Shown piece after piece: positions 61,792-64,000 of a stretch of DNA of 64,000 nt. The notes beneath the pieces are model-generated. The model saw nothing but the letters and a program-made list of their open reading frames with translations. It searched no databases and was not told where the DNA came from. The stretch spans positions 55,180,001 to 55,244,000 of the forward strand of contig OX597833.1 of the NCBI GenBank assembly GCA_951406725.2. Direction: 5' to 3'. The stretch's first letter is position 1. Each line of letters opens with the position of its first letter. The DNA comes from Octopus vulgaris (lineage: Eukaryota). The position numbers and the translations under genes are program-made.

Positions 61792-62387
61792 TTCTCTCTC
61801 TCTCTCTCTCTCTTTCCCTATCTCCCTCTCCATTCCTCTCTCTCTCCCTTCCTCTCTCCCTTCCTCTCTCTCCCTTCCTTTCTCTCCCCTCTCTCTCTCT
61901 CCCTATCTCTCTCTCTTCCATCCTCTCTCTCCCTATCTCACTATCTCTCCCTCCCTTCCTCTCTCTCCCCTCTCTCTCTCCCTTCTCTCTCTCTTCCTCT
62001 CTCTCCCTATCTCTCTCTCCCTTCCTCTCTCTCCCTATCTCTCTCTCCCTTCCTCTCTCTCCCTTCCTCTCTCTCCCTATCTCTCTCTCTCCCTTCCTCT
62101 CTCTCTCTCTCCCTATCTCTCTCTCTCCCTTCCTCTCTCTCTCTCTCCCTATCTCTCTCTCCCTTCCTCTCTCTCCCTTCCTCCCTCTCTCTCTCTCCCT
62201 TCCTCTCTCTCTCTTCCTTCCTCTCTCCCTATCTCTCTCTCCCTTCCTCTCTCTCCCCCTCTCTCTCTTCCTTCCTCTCTCCCTATCTCTCTCTCCATTC
62301 CTCTCTCTCCCTTCCTCTCTCTCCCTTCCTCTCTCTCCCTTCCTCTCTCTCCCTTCCTCCCCTCTCTCTCTCCCTTCCTCTCTCTCC
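61792..62387. repeat. CT-rich polypyrimidine minisatellite of about 600 bp
   Basis: Alternating CTCTCTCCCTAT / CTCTCTCCCTTC modules; almost no purines on the + strand. Confidence 0.97.
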
Positions 62388-63515
62388 AAACATCCAAACT
62401 TGTGGCTTTGTGTCGATGTTCAGTCGTCATCGTCCTTTCGTTGTCTGCTGCCCCTTCAGTATACGTTTCATGTAGAAAGCACTTCATTCACGATGACTTC
62501 TGTTTTTATTTAGGTGCAGTTAGTTTATTCAACACGAAGTGTGCATTTGTGTGGGTGTAGCTAGCGTACATCCACAACTGTAGACGTTTTCAGAATTTAT
62601 TCTGTTTTCTACAAAGATATATCTTCTAAACATCTTTTCCACCCATGTCCGTATACATCCAAATTCATTTCCCCTCACATCACCACCACAAGTCTCGTAA
62701 CATGCACTAGTTTGGAAGTATTATGTCTCTCCAGCTGCCTCTGTCCTTTGCTAATTTCTTCTGTCGGTTTGCTTTTAAACACTTGTCTTTTTTTACTTTC
62801 ATTTCTTTTCTTGCAAATCTCTTCTTTCTCTCTCTTGTTTTCGGCAGTTTCATCTGTTTCTTTTTTGACAAGCAAATAGTCGAAGCTAGTATATTCCACT
62901 TATATCATTTCTTCTATTGCTCAGTAATAATGTCTCAAGATGAATAGAAGTTACTTAGAAGCTGAGAAGTTATTAAGACTTGTTACTTTTTTTTCCACAG
63001 AAATACCGTAAAGTTTAAAATCATATTTAAAGAAAAAAAGAAAACCAAAAAAAAAACGAGGGGTAAAATGGGCAAATAAGTGTGTTTTTGTGTATGTAAT
63101 ATATGTTCATAATCTGACTTTGAAGTTTGGTAATGGATTGGCAGAATTAACAAAATGTTGGACAAGAATTACTCTGCAAGAGACATTCACCTGCATGACA
63201 CATTCACCAGTGCTTTTTACATGGGTGGATAGGTTTTCTTGAGTACAGCAATGCACCGTATATCTCATTCCTTATCTCTAGGTTGTGGTTGTTAGCCAAT
63301 GACGAAACTGTAGCATTTGACAAGTTCTAATTTTATTGATCCTCAGAAGAGCGAAAAGCAAAATTGTCCCTGGTGAGGAGATTTGGACTCAGAGCTCAAC
63401 GGTCGTGACTAAATATTTTGAACTGCTGCTAATGTAGTTTCAGCTCTTACAAATCCCACTCCATTTTCAACTGTTTCCATTGCTGCAGTTGACATTACAT
63501 TGGTTGGATTACTAT

Positions 63516-63563
63516 ATCAGATAGTCTTTAGAATCCAAAATCAGATAGTCTTTAGAATCCAAA
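63516..63563. repeat. Short perfect tandem duplication
   Basis: ATCAGATAGTCTTTAGAATCCAAA occurs twice in tandem. Confidence 0.9.
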
Positions 63564-64000
63564 GAAAGCTCAAAGCAACACTGATCTTCCAGCTTCAAAC
63601 CTGGTTAGATTTTAACCAGATTTAACTGGTTCCGTTTGGTGTTTTATCATCATGATTAGCTGTTGTAGGAATTAGTATCACCATAATTGCTTGAATCAAT
63701 TTGGCGACAGAACATCAATCCAACAACTTTAAACTACCAAAAACTTTACTTCCTCCAAATTCTTTAGATGTTGTGGTCTAACCATCCTTCTCTTCATCGC
63801 TGATATGATAAACACACAGTTCCATGAATCAGACCCCACTGAACTGGATTTAACTGAAGATTTACCTGTACCCCACCATTTTCTCTTGTGCTGTGGAAAA
63901 TAAACACACGGGCTTATGATTCAAATCTTAAAGAAAAATTCCTTTCAAGTCAATACGATGGTAATTAAAGATTGATAATGAATCTGAAAACGATATCTCC

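Noticed and set aside
61721-62560. ER/GR-rich 222-aa and SL/P-rich 259-aa ORFs
   Set aside because: Read-through of the CT minisatellite.
63420-64000. Complex, coding-looking sequence at the window end
   Set aside because: No ORF of 60 aa or more and no motif I can recognise; possibly a decayed TE but unsupported.

Overview
AT-rich, repeat-saturated animal genomic DNA with no recognisable host protein-coding exon, so probably intergenic or deep intronic. The repeat repertoire (several tRNA-derived SINE families, very long TA/TG/CTT/CT microsatellites, piggyBac-, mariner- and pogo-type MITEs, Helitrons) looks like an octopus/coleoid cephalopod genome; this is inferred from recalled repeat sequences, not from a search. 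Nearly all listed ORFs are microsatellite or SINE read-throughs. The only protein-like remnants are decayed retroelement pieces: an RTE-clade LINE 3' end, a Penelope-like RT C-terminal piece and a probable Gypsy pol tail. The main discovery is four unrelated short element families, each carrying a minimal type-I hammerhead ribozyme fold with a different non-canonical catalytic core: U3:A8 (904-940), G3:C8 (14480-14530 and 26876-26925), U4C (30756-30808) and A6U (8928-8963, with related copies at 30625-30660 and 47316-47351). Most have self-complementary stem III sequences of the kind that work as dimers, and they sit in Penelope-like pseudo-LTR architectures (inverted 5' segments, 9-bp TSDs, insertion into (TA)n). 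Other notable structure: SINE multimers with an invariant palindromic junction, close inverted SINE pairs, a satellite born from a dispersed repeat, telomere-repeat-containing foldback elements and multi-level nested insertions. All coordinates were counted by eye; repeat boundaries are approximate unless a TIR or TSD is quoted.
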